64,000 bases of DNA from Hydrolagus affinis (taxonomy: Eukaryota), in assembly GCA_012026655.1 (NCBI GenBank), contig JAAILG010001092.1:1-64000 (forward strand), in the 5' to 3' direction. The stretch's first letter is position 1. Every line of letters begins with the position of its first letter. Shown piece by piece: positions 19,166 to 64,000 of this stretch. The position numbers and the translations under genes are program-made. The notes beneath the pieces are model-generated. The model saw only the letters and a program-made list of their open reading frames with translations, did not search any database and was not told where the DNA came from.

Positions 19166-22100
19166 TAGCACACAGCAGCTGTCAGTAACTGGCATTGCTG
19201 AGGTTCTATTGAGGAATGAAATTCTTTGGAATAATTTATTGGTTTTCGAAAGAGTTAGGAAGGGCTCTTATCTGAGGGGAATTGATCTTTGAATTGTGTG
19301 CTTTTTACTGCCCTCTGGTGGCAGGTACAGGATTGTACAGTGTTTGAATTGTTGCCGCCATCCAGTTACATTAGCTCAGAGAACTGATCTGATATTTGGT
19401 GTGCCTTCAAATCACAGCAGTTTTTTTTCTGTGTCGAGTCCAAAACCTGAACCTTGTGGAGTAACTCACGTGGGCTTTCACACTGTTTATTTGCAGTGAA
19501 GATCAAAGACAATGACATGCTACCTCTCCTGTTGGATGAGTTCCCCTCCCTGCAGATCTCCCCCCACACCATGAATAGGATGTGGAAACAGCAGTTCAGA
19601 CAGATCGAACAGTTAACCAGGTCAACAGGCGAACAAGACCGAACACAAATCAAGCTGCAGTTGGCAGTAAGTGACTCTGAGGCTCAGGCTGGACTGGAGT
19701 TTACGTATTTCCTTTCCCTATAACCTAGTCCCAGCGCTGTGTTAATCTCAGTCTGTCCCAAACACTTCCACTCTGGTAAAACACTTACCAACATATCTGC
19801 TTTCAATATCAATTGCTGGGAAAATAGCTGCGTTCAAAGAATACATTCATATCAGGCATCTGTGTGTCCAGGATCTAATGAAGCTGGATTTATTAACTCT
19901 GTATTTCCTCACTAGATTGAAGACGCACAGAGAAAACACGACCTCCTGGTTCAGATAATTAAAAAGGAACAGGAACACAATCAGCGACTGGTGAGATTCA
20001 ACTGGAACCAAATCTTTTTGGCTTCCTTTACTTCACTTGGGTCTGATTTTTGGTGTTTCTTAATGGGATTATTTTCCAATAACTGCAAGTACATCACACT
20101 AACCCACCGGGACCTCACGCGCTCCCTCTGACAAGATCTGAATGGAATTGGGACTGGAATTCTAATGGGATTCCTTGTTAAATTACATTAATTATGTACT
20201 GTGAATTGGATCCCATTGTCCATATCCCATTTATTTCTACACATTCACACAGATAGCTTATTGGATACTATTGTCCTGCTTTGCTACAGAGAGACTTCAA
20301 AGAACGTGTCCAGCAACAGAAGTTTGCACAGAACAAGGTGAAGGAGCAAAGGCAGCAAGTGGCTCGTGCTAAGAAATATTACAACGACTACCACGTGCAG
20401 CTTAGGGCTAAAATGATGCGAGTGAAGACTCGAGAAGAGCAGGTAAGGATGGGGCTGATCAATTCACAAAGATCAAACTGCAGCTTTCCCTGTACTGAGA
20501 CTTCAGTGGAGGCGCTAGCCAAGTGGTCAGCAAAACTGATTCTTAAAATATTTTATGAATAGTGTAATCATTTCAGGGAGTTGAAAGCATCACTAAAGAA
20601 TTGACGGTCTTGCAATAAAGATGCAAATGTTTGTTTGAGCAACCCACCCCAGCCTCTCTGCCCCCATACTCTGGAACTTCATCCCACAGTACCTTTGCCT
20701 CACTTCCTCCCTTGCCTCCCGTACTGTTCAGCGCCTTGGAACGTCCTCCTGATGTGAAAAGCGCTCCATAAATGTCATTTTGTTGTTGTATTTATCAGAC
20801 TCACTTTTCTTTAACCTGCAGATTTTCAAAAATTTGTTTGAGGAAGGGCTAGAGCTGCAGAAGCACAGATTACATGAATTAAAGACGTACGCTAAAGAGA
20901 AACGTCAAGAACAGAAGAAACGGCAGCAAGAAGAACTGGAATCTATGGAGAACTATTATAAAGATCAGGTAATAAAAATCAGTTGAAAACCTTGCAATTG
21001 TGATTCTTGCCTCGTTGGCATAGAACTGCATCCTGCAAACTGTTCGAAAAGCCTTTGAAAGACAAACTGTTGAACTGTGCAGTTTGTATGCAAAACAATT
21101 TCCTTAGCACAGCGCGCGCAATCTGAATAAGACACAGACTCTCAACCATGTGCTGCTCTGAATGTTTGTACGAGGCAGCAACTGCCCATAGCTGCCCTTT
21201 GCTTCCTACCCAAATAACTTGTTTTGCTAAGGTGACCTCATTCACCAAAGGGCCAATCTGAAGAATTTCTCTGCATGTTTAGCTCAGACTTGGGTTCAAC
21301 AACGGACTCCTAATCCTACATTCATTCATTCGTGCCTTCTGCTGGGTTATGACACAAAAGGGAGGAAATAGCTTAATTATGATGGTAACTTGGTTTGACA
21401 GTGAATCAGTAAAATTCATCAGGTATAAAGATAAAAACAGCCACTTGTTAAGATTGATGCCTGCCATCAAACCAGCAACATGACCTGGGAAAATACTTGA
21501 ATGTCGGTGCAGTTCTGAAAGTCTAACTGCATCCGTTTTGTTTTAAATCACAGTTTTTGATGTTGGCTGAAACTCTTGCTCAGGAGCGACACAAAGTCCA
21601 AATCAGGGAGACTGCACAAACTAAGGTAATATTCAGTTTTCTCAACCTATGTTTGCCGTCCACTGGGTACATTTAACGCACTGTTATTTGCAGCTCCTTT
21701 ATTGCTGCTCGTCGGAGGAACCCAGGTATGTTTTAATGGTGACCAATTTACCCAGTCACTACATTAGTTACCTACGTGAGATGTCCTTGTTTCAAATGAC
21801 CTTGAATAATTAGCATTTCCTTTTCCACAGTGGAAAATTAAAATAATATTCAATACCACAGTGAAACACAGTAGGACATTCTGACTGATATTTTAAACAA
21901 ATAGTTTTTCAGCCACTGGATGTGGCTTATTAATAACCTTATTTGATGATCCGTGTTTCATTGGTACAAACTCAAGATTGAAAACTTGACTTAAATTTGG
22001 AATTTACGACTACAGTCTAATTTAAGTGAAGCATTGGCTCCGTAATCTCCCATCTTTATTTCAAACACTGTCTCAAACAAAATGTGAATTACCTGATTTT

Positions 22101-22306
22101 TTAATTTGTGCTGTTTGTGATGTTTTCAGGCCCTCCACAAGATGAAGAAAGATCTCCGTGTAAAGATGGAGAAAGAGATCCGTGAGCTTCAGGCAATGAT
22201 AACACAGGACGATGACGATGCGTACTTCAGAGAACTGGAGGCCGAGAGACAGCAGCGGCGCGTACAGATGGCTTCATTCCAGTTCAGCAAACCTCAGTCT
22301 TTTTAA
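9939..22306 (+). CDS. CEP95: centrosomal protein of 95 kDa (CEP95/CCDC45), 22 coding exons, about 904 aa
   Basis: N-terminus [15 protein letters not shown]...[17 protein letters not shown]...[20 protein letters not shown]; coiled-coil C-terminus ending [13 protein letters not shown]. The phase-consistent GT-AG chain sums to 2715 nt. Located between DDX5 and SMURF2. Confidence 0.92.
10016..10115. other. assembly gap (100 N) in CEP95 intron 1
   Basis: Run of N followed by poly-C and (CA)n. Confidence 0.99.
10657..10862 (+). mobile_element. SINE, 5'-truncated
   Basis: ggtgaaaccttgggcaagtttccatactccacac...gacgtctagaagatgtgaaaagcg. Confidence 0.85.
12423..12551 (+). CDS. CEP95: CEP95 exon 2
   Basis: [14 protein letters not shown]...GERVP; 129 nt. 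Confidence 0.95.
12651..12758 (+). CDS. CEP95: CEP95 exon 3
   Basis: [36 protein letters not shown]; 108 nt. Confidence 0.95.
12989..13105 (+). CDS. CEP95: CEP95 exon 4
   Basis: [30 protein letters not shown]; 117 nt. Confidence 0.95.
13734..13851 (+). CDS. CEP95: CEP95 exon 5
   Basis: [21 protein letters not shown]; phase 1 to 2; weak donor. Confidence 0.65.
14042..14151 (+). CDS. CEP95: CEP95 exon 6
   Basis: [18 protein letters not shown]; 110 nt. Confidence 0.85.
14252..14401 (+). CDS. CEP95: CEP95 exon 7
   Basis: Open 150-nt symmetric phase-1 exon, AG and GTGAGT boundaries. Confidence 0.65.
14907..15175 (+). CDS. CEP95: CEP95 exon 8
   Basis: [16 protein letters not shown]; donor GTGAGT. 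Confidence 0.8.
15468..15519 (+). CDS. CEP95: CEP95 exon 9
   Basis: [17 protein letters not shown]; strong donor CAG|GTAAGA; acceptor chosen by phase. Confidence 0.6.
15762..15850 (+). CDS. CEP95: CEP95 exon 10
   Basis: [13 protein letters not shown]...SPTRNAK; phase 1 to 0. Confidence 0.6.
15945..16039 (+). CDS. CEP95: CEP95 exon 11
   Basis: [14 protein letters not shown]; phase 0 to 2; weak donor. Confidence 0.6.
16343..16475 (+). CDS. CEP95: CEP95 exon 12
   Basis: [26 protein letters not shown]. Confidence 0.85.
16940..17054 (+). CDS. CEP95: CEP95 exon 13
   Basis: MLKQALGE...[15 protein letters not shown]. Confidence 0.88.
17228..17376 (+). mobile_element. SINE 3' half
   Basis: Same body and tail as the other copies. 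Confidence 0.82.
17906..18078 (+). CDS. CEP95: CEP95 exon 14
   Basis: RARSLSPSP...[14 protein letters not shown]. Confidence 0.85.
18206..18298 (+). CDS. CEP95: CEP95 exon 15
   Basis: [18 protein letters not shown]; 93 nt. Confidence 0.88.
18490..18628 (-). mobile_element. SINE 5' half (tRNA-like head)
   Basis: Minus strand ctgtagctcggtgatt...gggttcaattccaggcagggcgaactcatgggcaagtttcc. Confidence 0.8.
18745..18892 (+). CDS. CEP95: CEP95 exon 16
   Basis: [12 protein letters not shown]...KPRKATP; 148 nt. Confidence 0.85.
19133..19161. repeat. (TG)n microsatellite
   Basis: Read directly from the sequence. Confidence 0.95.
19497..19666 (+). CDS. CEP95: CEP95 exon 17
   Basis: [33 protein letters not shown]. 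Confidence 0.93.
19916..19990 (+). CDS. CEP95: CEP95 exon 18
   Basis: [25 protein letters not shown]. Confidence 0.93.
20290..20442 (+). CDS. CEP95: CEP95 exon 19
   Basis: [11 protein letters not shown]...[22 protein letters not shown]. Confidence 0.94.
20640..20790 (+). mobile_element. L2-like LINE 3' end
   Basis: ctctggaacttcatccc...gcgccttggaacgtcctcc...aaaagcgctccataaatgtcattt(tgt)n. Related tails at about 4305-4352, 11745-11795, 27305-27375, 47757-47825, 48200-48240, 48810-48870 and 50025-50080. Family name is inferred. Confidence 0.6.
20822..20968 (+). CDS. CEP95: CEP95 exon 20
   Basis: [14 protein letters not shown]...[10 protein letters not shown]. Confidence 0.94.
21554..21625 (+). 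CDS. CEP95: CEP95 exon 21
   Basis: [24 protein letters not shown]. Confidence 0.93.
22130..22306 (+). CDS. CEP95: CEP95 last coding exon
   Basis: [17 protein letters not shown]...[13 protein letters not shown]...QSF*. Confidence 0.94.
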   Translation, partial: ALHKMKKDLRVKMEKEIRELQAMITQDDDDAYFRELEAERQQRRVQMASFQFSKPQSF

Positions 22307-23435
22307 ACATTTGACCAAACAGTGCTTTGGTTAAGTAAAAGTTGAAAAGGGTCGGTGTTAAGCTTTTTATTTAAATGCCTTAAATAAGTCTGTTAAATAA
22401 CCTTCCAATAGCACACAGCGAAGGAACAGACCTGCAATGTGAAGTGAAGCATCTTCACATAAGCCATTAATACAGAGTGTAAATTTATTGCTTGGCTTTA
22501 GTTCAATATTTTCTTTAATTTAAGACATTTGAAAATAATCAAACTACAGCTGCTGTACATTGTCTTGTTCATTCATCAGGCGGCAAGTGTCTGCCAAGCT
22601 TGTTTAAATCTCTATTTTAACGTTTATATAAATACGAAATGTAACCAGAGGATACAACACTACAATCCTTGCAGATTTGGTGACTGCGAATATTCAACTT
22701 CTGCAATGAGTCCTGAATGTCTTTGTTCCATGTTTATATTTAAAAAAAACACTTCCAGCAGTCGCTTCCCATTTCCAAGCACAAATGTGACTGTTTCAAT
22801 GTCAGAAGTTGATTTTAAACCCTAATACAATAGTTCATTTTTTTAATCCAGAAGTGGATATTGTATATACATTAATGATTTTGTTTGCTATCAAGTTGTA
22901 ATAATTTAACCATGATGTGGGTTCCTAAAATGATCATGTTTTTTTAAAAAAAACTAATTTAACTTATTAAATTTGTTTTGAAATGTAATTTGTTGTCAAA
23001 AGACTTTCTGTATCAAACTACACTGCAAAAGGAAATATGTATAGGTGCCATTGCCAAGACTTCCCAAATAATCTCTAGAGATTAAAATCTAGCTAATAAT
23101 ACGATTAGGTTTTTGGGGAGTGGTAATCCTCCTACATCAGTGAGAATTTTCTTCTCCCCTCCACAGCAATCTACTGGACAAATGGAAAACCAAGTGAAGG
23201 TTTTAGTGCTCACCACATTGAAAGGCATCATTCTCATCAGCTTTGTAAGATGGTGTAGTCTGTGGAGACAAACTATTGACGTACATTAATCAGGCTGATG
23301 TAGCTATGTGACAAAATGAACTAGGAACTGAAAAGAAAAAGCAACTTGTGTAAACAACCTGAAACTACTGCGCAGTTAAGAGAAGGCAGACATTGTTTGA
23401 ATTGTTTATGCTGTGAGAGTGCAAACAGCAGACAC

Positions 23436-23441
23436 TTTATT
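23436..23441 (-). terminator. candidate SMURF2 polyadenylation signal
   Basis: AATAAA on the minus strand about 2.1 kb after the stop, with GU-containing downstream sequence. Confidence 0.45.
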
Positions 23442-25509
23442 GCTGATTCTGTATGGGTACATACACAAGTTTGTTTCCATACAGGTTTTTTTTTAATTAA
23501 AGCTCATGTAATAGCGGGGAGGTGAAATACAATGTTAACGCTAAAACACTGTAATAAATACAAATAAAATGGAAATGGGGAGTGGAAGAGAACCCTAAAA
23601 ACAAAATAAAATATGACGTTTTTAGAACTGGGAAGAAAAGCCAAGGGTTAATTGTAAACTAATTACATCTATATAAAAAAAGATTTTAACAACCGGTAGA
23701 CAATATTCTATTGACTAAAAAGTGTTACATACAGTAAACTGCGCCTTGTCAGCTATAACATTGTGTTTTTATAGCATATTTCAAGTCTGTGAAGCAATGG
23801 GAGCATGCGAGAAGCTATCAGCCCTATGGTGAAGCATGCTTGTTATTACCAGAACAATACTCTATTTGCAGACTTCAATGAATGTAGCCATTTTAAATGT
23901 GCCATTGATAAAACGCAGGCATAGTGTTATGGATGGTTTTAACAGACCATGTGTGCATTGGACATTTATGAGAACGATGTATTTTTAAACTGTCCCATTA
24001 AGATTTTGTTCTGATCATGAGATGTTGCAGCTGTCAACTTTTTTTTGAGGATAGGGTCAACAGACTAAACAGAACTGAAAATCCTAAAGTGTGCAAAAAG
24101 CGGTTAAAAAAATAAGTCAAGATACAATTAACTTAAAAATTGTAATAATCACAGTATTAGCCCCAGGTTTCACACCTCACCCAAGACTGTACAAAGCACC
24201 ATTGCAAGACACTTTCCCATTGGATGATGCTCTTGCAATTGACAGGCAGCAGTGCAGGGCCAAAAACACAACTAAGATCGCTTCTCAACAGGTGCTCTCC
24301 GTACAGAAATACTATCATCTGACAAGAATGTCAACAGGTTATAAATATATTAAAACTCATGTGGATGTAAAAGATCTGCAGAGTATTTCCTATCGTTAAA
24401 CTTACAAAGAAACATACAACCTGTGGCCTTGTGCTGCTTCAATTATCATTAAGTCATAATTCATCGCTGGATAGAAAAACATAGCTGGCGTGGGGGGGCC
24501 ACACTCTCTTCAAGTTTTTATTTTATATAAAAAAAAGGTGTTTTAATGGCTATACGAGGACGATTGTCTCAGCCCAGCCGTAATAAACAGAGGTCAATGT
24601 GTGTGTTTGATTGAATGCTGCAAATTCGGGGCAGCAGAAACTTGCTATTCACACTGTTGTCACTTTTACCGTACAATAAAGGGAGTATTTATTCCTCAAC
24701 TGATGCCAAAGCAAAAAAAAACTAAAGGAGAAACTGAGACCGCCCAGGTAGTATAGCCTGGCTAGCAAAACACAGTTCATACAAAGGTTTCTCAGTCTCG
24801 GTATAGGTGGGAGGAGAGAGAAGTGGTTATGGCTGACTTGGCTGAATTAAAGTGGAATGTCTCTCCTGTGATCTTTTCCTAAAAGAAGAACAAAGGCTGG
24901 ACTGACAGACATATTCAAGTGAGGAACACACCAGGGAGAACATTTACAAAATAAAACAACTCAGCCAATTTTCCACTTTAGAATCTTGCGGAATATTTTA
25001 CAAGAACTTTTTTATTAACTACTGTACATTGACAGTTTCTATGCTTCAAATCAAAACGAATACTCAGTAAAGGAAAAGGTGCTAGTGTGATACAGTCACG
25101 TCAGCCCAACAACAGCGTGTTCTACCGATTGCTTCTGTCTAGATCATGATGCATGGGATATTAATTATTAGCGTAGAGTAGATGGGATTAAGAAAGATAC
25201 TATAGTACTTGCAGTAGTAGTCTTTTTAAAAAAAAAAGTCAGAAATCTATCGAGAACACTGCTAACTGGTCAATCATAAGAAGCCAGCAGTCCGTCATTT
25301 CCAGATATTAGTTTAGCAGCTGAATCGCAGTCTCTTGGCAAAGGACAGGCGACCATTTCCTCAAAGTTCCCTAATCATCCGATTCCTCTCACTGTCCTCC
25401 TTAAGTAAGGGAAAGACATCCTATATATTCCAAGCGCTGTTGGAACCTTGGCTGAAGAGAGCCCCTCGCTGGCAGGCACGTACAGAAGTCGCATGATTCC
25501 ACAAGCCGG

Positions 25510-58695
<33,186 letters not shown>

Positions 58696-61600
58696 CTGGA
58701 ATAGAACAGGAAAAACTTGGTTACTAACAGTCATCTTGAATGTATTACTTAAATCACTTGCTATATTTAAAGGGCAATGATTAGGTTAAAATTTGAGTCA
58801 AATCATATTTATTCCTCTCTCAAGTTCAAAACTTCCTCTTTAAACGTCCCTTTTTATCCTTTTTTTTACACAACCACAGGCCATTTCAAGATTCTACTCA
58901 GTGCTTTCTACAGTAATGGAAAACTGGAATGAGAAACTTAATGTGCAGCTGAATGACTTGCAAGGCCCTATATTTGAGACGGAAGGGCATAAAGAAAAGG
59001 TTTCAAGCTCACACTTCTGCTAAATACATTATATATCTATGATGGCATCTTTCACATCCAACATTAACAGTGAATTCTCTTGAAATCATTCTGTAGGGCA
59101 TTTCTTTCTAAACCTGTATTGCTAATATGGGAGAGTTGTTATTCAGTTCTGGTTCAGTGTCACTGCTGACAGTAGCTGTCAGTGAGGATGGGAATCGTCA
59201 GTACTTTTCATGTCATTAATGCCCACTGAAACCATATCAATGTACTTACTGTGACATGACCCTATGCCCAAGAAATGAACTGCAGTCAATTTTGCAGAAA
59301 TCTGATGACTGGTATACATAATTGAAGGATAAAGTTTCAATTTCTGTAATAAGTTTTGTTTACACAATAGCACTTGCTTCCTTGTTCAGTCAATAACTAC
59401 CTTGTTTATTCTATAGATTAATAGTTAACACCCAATTTACATGGAGGTGGCAGCACTCTGTAATTACCAACTCAAAAATTCAAATTATACATTTCATCTT
59501 TCTGTCATCCTATATCATGTTCACTAGTACAAATCTTACCTGCACCTCAAATTCCCAGAAATAAAATTTTCATAACAGGTCAGAGTGCTAAGACTTTACA
59601 GATCATCTGGCTGGGAATTCCTAGACACATCCATCATTCAAGAAGGCCCAACAAAGTTCAAGTAGTTCTATTTTACTGCATACCTGAAGATCTATACTGG
59701 CTAGCGCTCTTTTAAAGAATACAGTAGTCTGTGTGCACTGTGAGGAATGAGAATTAATGGTGAAATTTACAAGAAAAATGTCTTTTTTTGAGCACCTAAA
59801 TTTAGCACAATTTGGTAAAGATGAAGATAAATCACCACCCAGCTAGGGGTGAGTTTCTGCTTCCTTGCATCCAGCCCTTTAGCTAGAAAGGAGAGCAAGA
59901 CACTCTGGACCAAAGCTTCTCCAGGACTGACTTCAAAGCTATTTCAAAACATTCCCCATATGGTGACTCAGTTGATAACATTTGTGTCTGCCAAATATTG
60001 TGCCCTATCCCTCCTTTCCATTGTCACCATTAGGCTCTTTACTAGCAACCACAATGAGAACCACAAGAGACATCTAAGGGTAGACAGACTTCAAAAGTGT
60101 CACCTGGAGCATGCATTCAGGCTTTTTCCAATTGATATCGAAGGCATCACTTGTGCTCTTTCTTCTAATTTGAACATCAGCAAGAAATATGGTACAGAGA
60201 CTGTATTCCCAGACAATCTGGCACAGTACCCTCATAACACTGTACTCCTAACCCACAAAGTTCACAGGCTTCAATGCCAGCATTCACTGGTAATTGAACC
60301 TGCCTTTTCTCTCACTGAGGGTGAACTTTGTTCATTCTCACCACAACAAACTCCCAAACTGAATTCAAATGGAATCTTGGCTGCAATAGTTTTTGGGTGG
60401 AGGAAAAGATCTGTGAACTCACTGTCGATTTTTTTAAATGATTTTAGTGCAGTTGTGTAAAGACGACCCAACCTCTCACTACCTTAGTCTTCCTTTTAGG
60501 TGGATAACCAGCTTTAAAAGGATGTCAGCAATCAGACCAGGATAAAAAAGGAAATTTTGTTTTTCCCCAAATACTTCCAAGCCACACCTGAACTTTGTCT
60601 CAAATTCGAGGCTTTTCCTATTCTGAGAGTTTTTCATGTCTCACACATTTCGTGCACTTTAAGTACTTTTTTTTTAAAAAGATTGCATACCGTCAGTTAC
60701 TGTTTGATCAAAGTAGTTCAGTCAGGCATGTATAGTGCATTAATAGCCTCTGGGATATAGCTGTAGTGGAGACAATCTAGCAAACAATGTCTGGGATGGA
60801 TTCTCTGGGCAGACAATTACCACTCAGAGAAAATTTCTGACCTAATTACAAAACCGAATTATTCAAATCCAATACATTCTTTTTAAAAATCCTAAATTAC
60901 CATATTATTGTATGCAATGGGGGGGTGAGCTTTGAAAGAGAGTGAGTGAAAAACAATCAAATAAAAATGCTGACAATTATTCATTTTTGAGCCAATATTC
61001 TTCATCACAGGTTGAAGATTCCTGTATATTTCTGTGATCATTAAAAGCAGAAACATTATAGGTTTCATATAATCGGATGTGTCAGTAATATGGATTTTAA
61101 ATACACAGGCACCCAAACTATCATGACCCAATTTAAGAGCCATGCTGCCAGTGTCATCATTTGTTCCACCACTATATGAAATGTTCCATGAAGCACATAT
61201 ACTGATATTTTTTTAATACAGCATTTTCTACTAGGCAGTTGAATCTGTGAGCATTTTCCCCCCTGCAAAGCAACTAAATTATTAAATTTTTATTCATGGC
61301 CACATGCTTCTGAGAGGTCAGCTGTTCCTAAAATACTGACACTATGACCAACTGCCAGGACATGGACAAAGATTAAACCCATGAAAAAATAGTTGCAAGT
61401 AATTGCTGTACCAGTATATAAGAATATAGCCCTGAAAAATACAGATTAGAGTTTATTGGGAAATCCATTGTAGTTAATTGCGTTCATTCTTACCCATAAC
61501 TACAAGATTCTGATGGTATTCCTGCAGCAGTTCACAAATTCTGCACCATGTCATGGTAAAAATGTGGCATCTTTTAATTATCCATTTTTAAAAATGTTTT

Positions 61601-64000
61601 TCCACTAAAATGTAACTACTGTACTTTGTAATTCCCAAGTATTGAACCTAAGAACCCATGGAGGAAGTACTCCAGACAGTATAAAAGTATAAATTGGTTT
61701 ACAGTCTTATGCACCTGATGCAATTTTGCCTTTTAAAAAAAAGGAACCCCCCCCACACACACACACATCTAAAATCAAAATGGCCTTGGATTATTTCCTC
61801 ACCTAATGTATTATTCGTTAAAAAATTAACATTGTTCCAAACTGCAGGAGCACCCACCTCTTCTCCCCTCCCCCTACCCTTACCCTATTCATATCCCCAT
61901 TTTCCAAAAACGCTCAATTTATTTATTAACAAATATGACTCAACCAAACACAGCCTTATGTAGTACACGTGTTACTGCTTGGGTTCCCTGGCTGCTGATC
62001 TGACTTACTCTCCCACTGTTTGTGTGCTATTTTTACAGTGTTATTAGGCACCTTTCCAGGCTTTTCATATATTACAACATCATTACATGAACACACAAAT
62101 AGGTTCTGGAGAATCAGAGCTGAACAGCATGGCTTATTTTAGAACATCTCAATAAAGCTATTGAATGACAACTAGTGATACATATAGTTCTGTTATCCCT
62201 TATTGTACGTTTGCAAAGATTTATGGAGAGTTAACATCCTTTTATATTTAAATAAAGACCAATTCACAGGTAGTGAAGTAAGATTCTGTAAGAAAGTTCA
62301 TAACATGTAGTTATAGGAATAAAGAGAATGTTATGTTCCTGATCTAAAGTTGAGCTGTCAGAGGGAAGCTAAAATGGGAGGACACCAAGATTGCAGTCCA
62401 GAATGGAAAAGAATTTTAGAATGAATTACACAGAGAAGTATCAGCACCCTCTAGCATACAATTATAGACAAGTGGAACCCTGAGAAACAAGTCATCTCAA
62501 ATATCTCCTCCAAAGCATATGTGGGGAGGAAATAAAACTACGAAAAGTGCCAAAATGAAACCATGCATGTGGAATCTATTGCTTTTATATCATTGCTGGT
62601 ATCTTTTGTTGCATTGTTAATTCTCTTTCACAATCCAGTTTCATGTTATCGATATTGTCCTTAAATTAATTGTTCAATTTCCTATAATCTGAGATTAGTT
62701 CCGCAGATAAATTCAAATGCAGTGGCATTTTATACAGTAGAATTTAGTTGAATAGTGGAATGTTAGGTTGGGCCCAGTGCCCACATTAGCCACATCAAGT
62801 AAGCAATTTCCATATTCAAGTTTCTGTGAAACAACACCCTGATAAGATTATAACTATATGCTGCAATTCAATGTTTCAACTGGTGAACTCTTGAAAACCT
62901 CAAGAGATTAAATGAGAGCATTCCATTCTCTATGAGGTACAGTTTACCGCTTGTGTTCAAATAAAATCATGGTGAAAAGGGCTTGGACAATACAGAGGAT
63001 TAAAACAGCGTTTACATATTGGGATCTAGGTTTAAATTCAGTCCAGATAAGAGAAAGAAATTCTCTTCAATCACACCATACAAAATACATCTGAGGTATC
63101 GCCATTTATGAATGAACAATGCCCAAGTACAGAAAATATGTACTTTTCTCATAGTCCTCTGCAAATTACAAACATCAATCTCAATTGTACCCAGTACACT
63201 TAAAGTAGTGTTCTATAGATTCTTGCAAGGGCCCTGAATGTGTTACCTAGTGTTAACTCTGTACCAATAAACACTTGCAGTTCATTGAAGAAGCCTGGTG
63301 ACATTTCCGAGGAACTGTTAAACAAGTTCCAATTATTTTTTATACAATCTGCTTTGTTAGAAAGTTGTGCAGAAGACATATAGATTTCAAAGCAGATGTT
63401 TAACATCATAGTATTAGATGCAGTCCCATACGACATAGGACAACAACATTCCAAAGCACTCTGCAGCCGACTATGTGGATAGACATTTCTGGCATGCAAA
63501 CTCAAGGTAGTAATTCAAGTTAGGAACTCTGATGATGTCACAAACTACAGCAGAAGCTCACAACTTGAATTGATAATTTTTAAATAAAGTCGTCTACTAC
63601 ATAGTTTATTTTAAACACATTTTAACATTTATAAGATATACCATGTATAGTAAAGCTAGAATAATGAAGTTAAATTAGTTATAGAGAAAATAAATATCAG
63701 ACCTGATTTATTGCTAAATTGAATGTTGCTCTCCTTTTCTTAATAAGAAGTGTTAAAAGGAACGCAAGGTTCAATCCAATAGTATGAGCCTTGGAATGAG
63801 AATGAGCTACAATAGCATTCTTCTGAATTTTATGAGCGGTGCTTTATTGCACTAGTTAAACAGGTCTTCGACTATCAAAAATATGGAAAATATTTCTTCA
63901 CTTTGAGCACTAGGCAAACAATCTAGAATTCCTTAAATTCTGAAGGGTTAAAGTTCAAATATTTAAATAAGTTTAGCTTTGTCCAACTCGCTTGATCACA

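Overview
Eukaryotic (vertebrate) genomic DNA, most likely a cartilaginous fish; this is inferred from the repeat content and protein divergence, not proven. It holds the syntenic block DDX5(-) / CEP95(+) / SMURF2(-). I assembled each gene exon by exon from GT-AG boundaries and reading-frame phase. DDX5 has 13 coding exons (643 aa, complete). CEP95 has 22 coding exons (about 904 aa; the middle exons are less certain). SMURF2 exons 2-19 are present and exon 1 lies beyond the window end. DDX5 and CEP95 are head-to-head across a CpG-rich promoter; CEP95 and SMURF2 are convergent. Introns carry a tRNA-derived SINE family, L2-like and CR1-like 3' ends and microsatellites, and there is a 100-N gap. 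I cannot demonstrate a new biological system. The best leads are splicing or translation hypotheses: (1) four short frame-preserving candidate cassette exons in SMURF2 intron 10; (2) a 174-codon in-phase ORF behind an acceptor in SMURF2 intron 8; (3) a SINE tail supplying the donor that splits the SMURF2 catalytic Cys codon; (4) a uORF stopping 1 nt before the CEP95 ATG; (5) the DDX5 intron-11 poison exon and mir-3064-like region. Comparisons to human sequences are from memory and need alignment.
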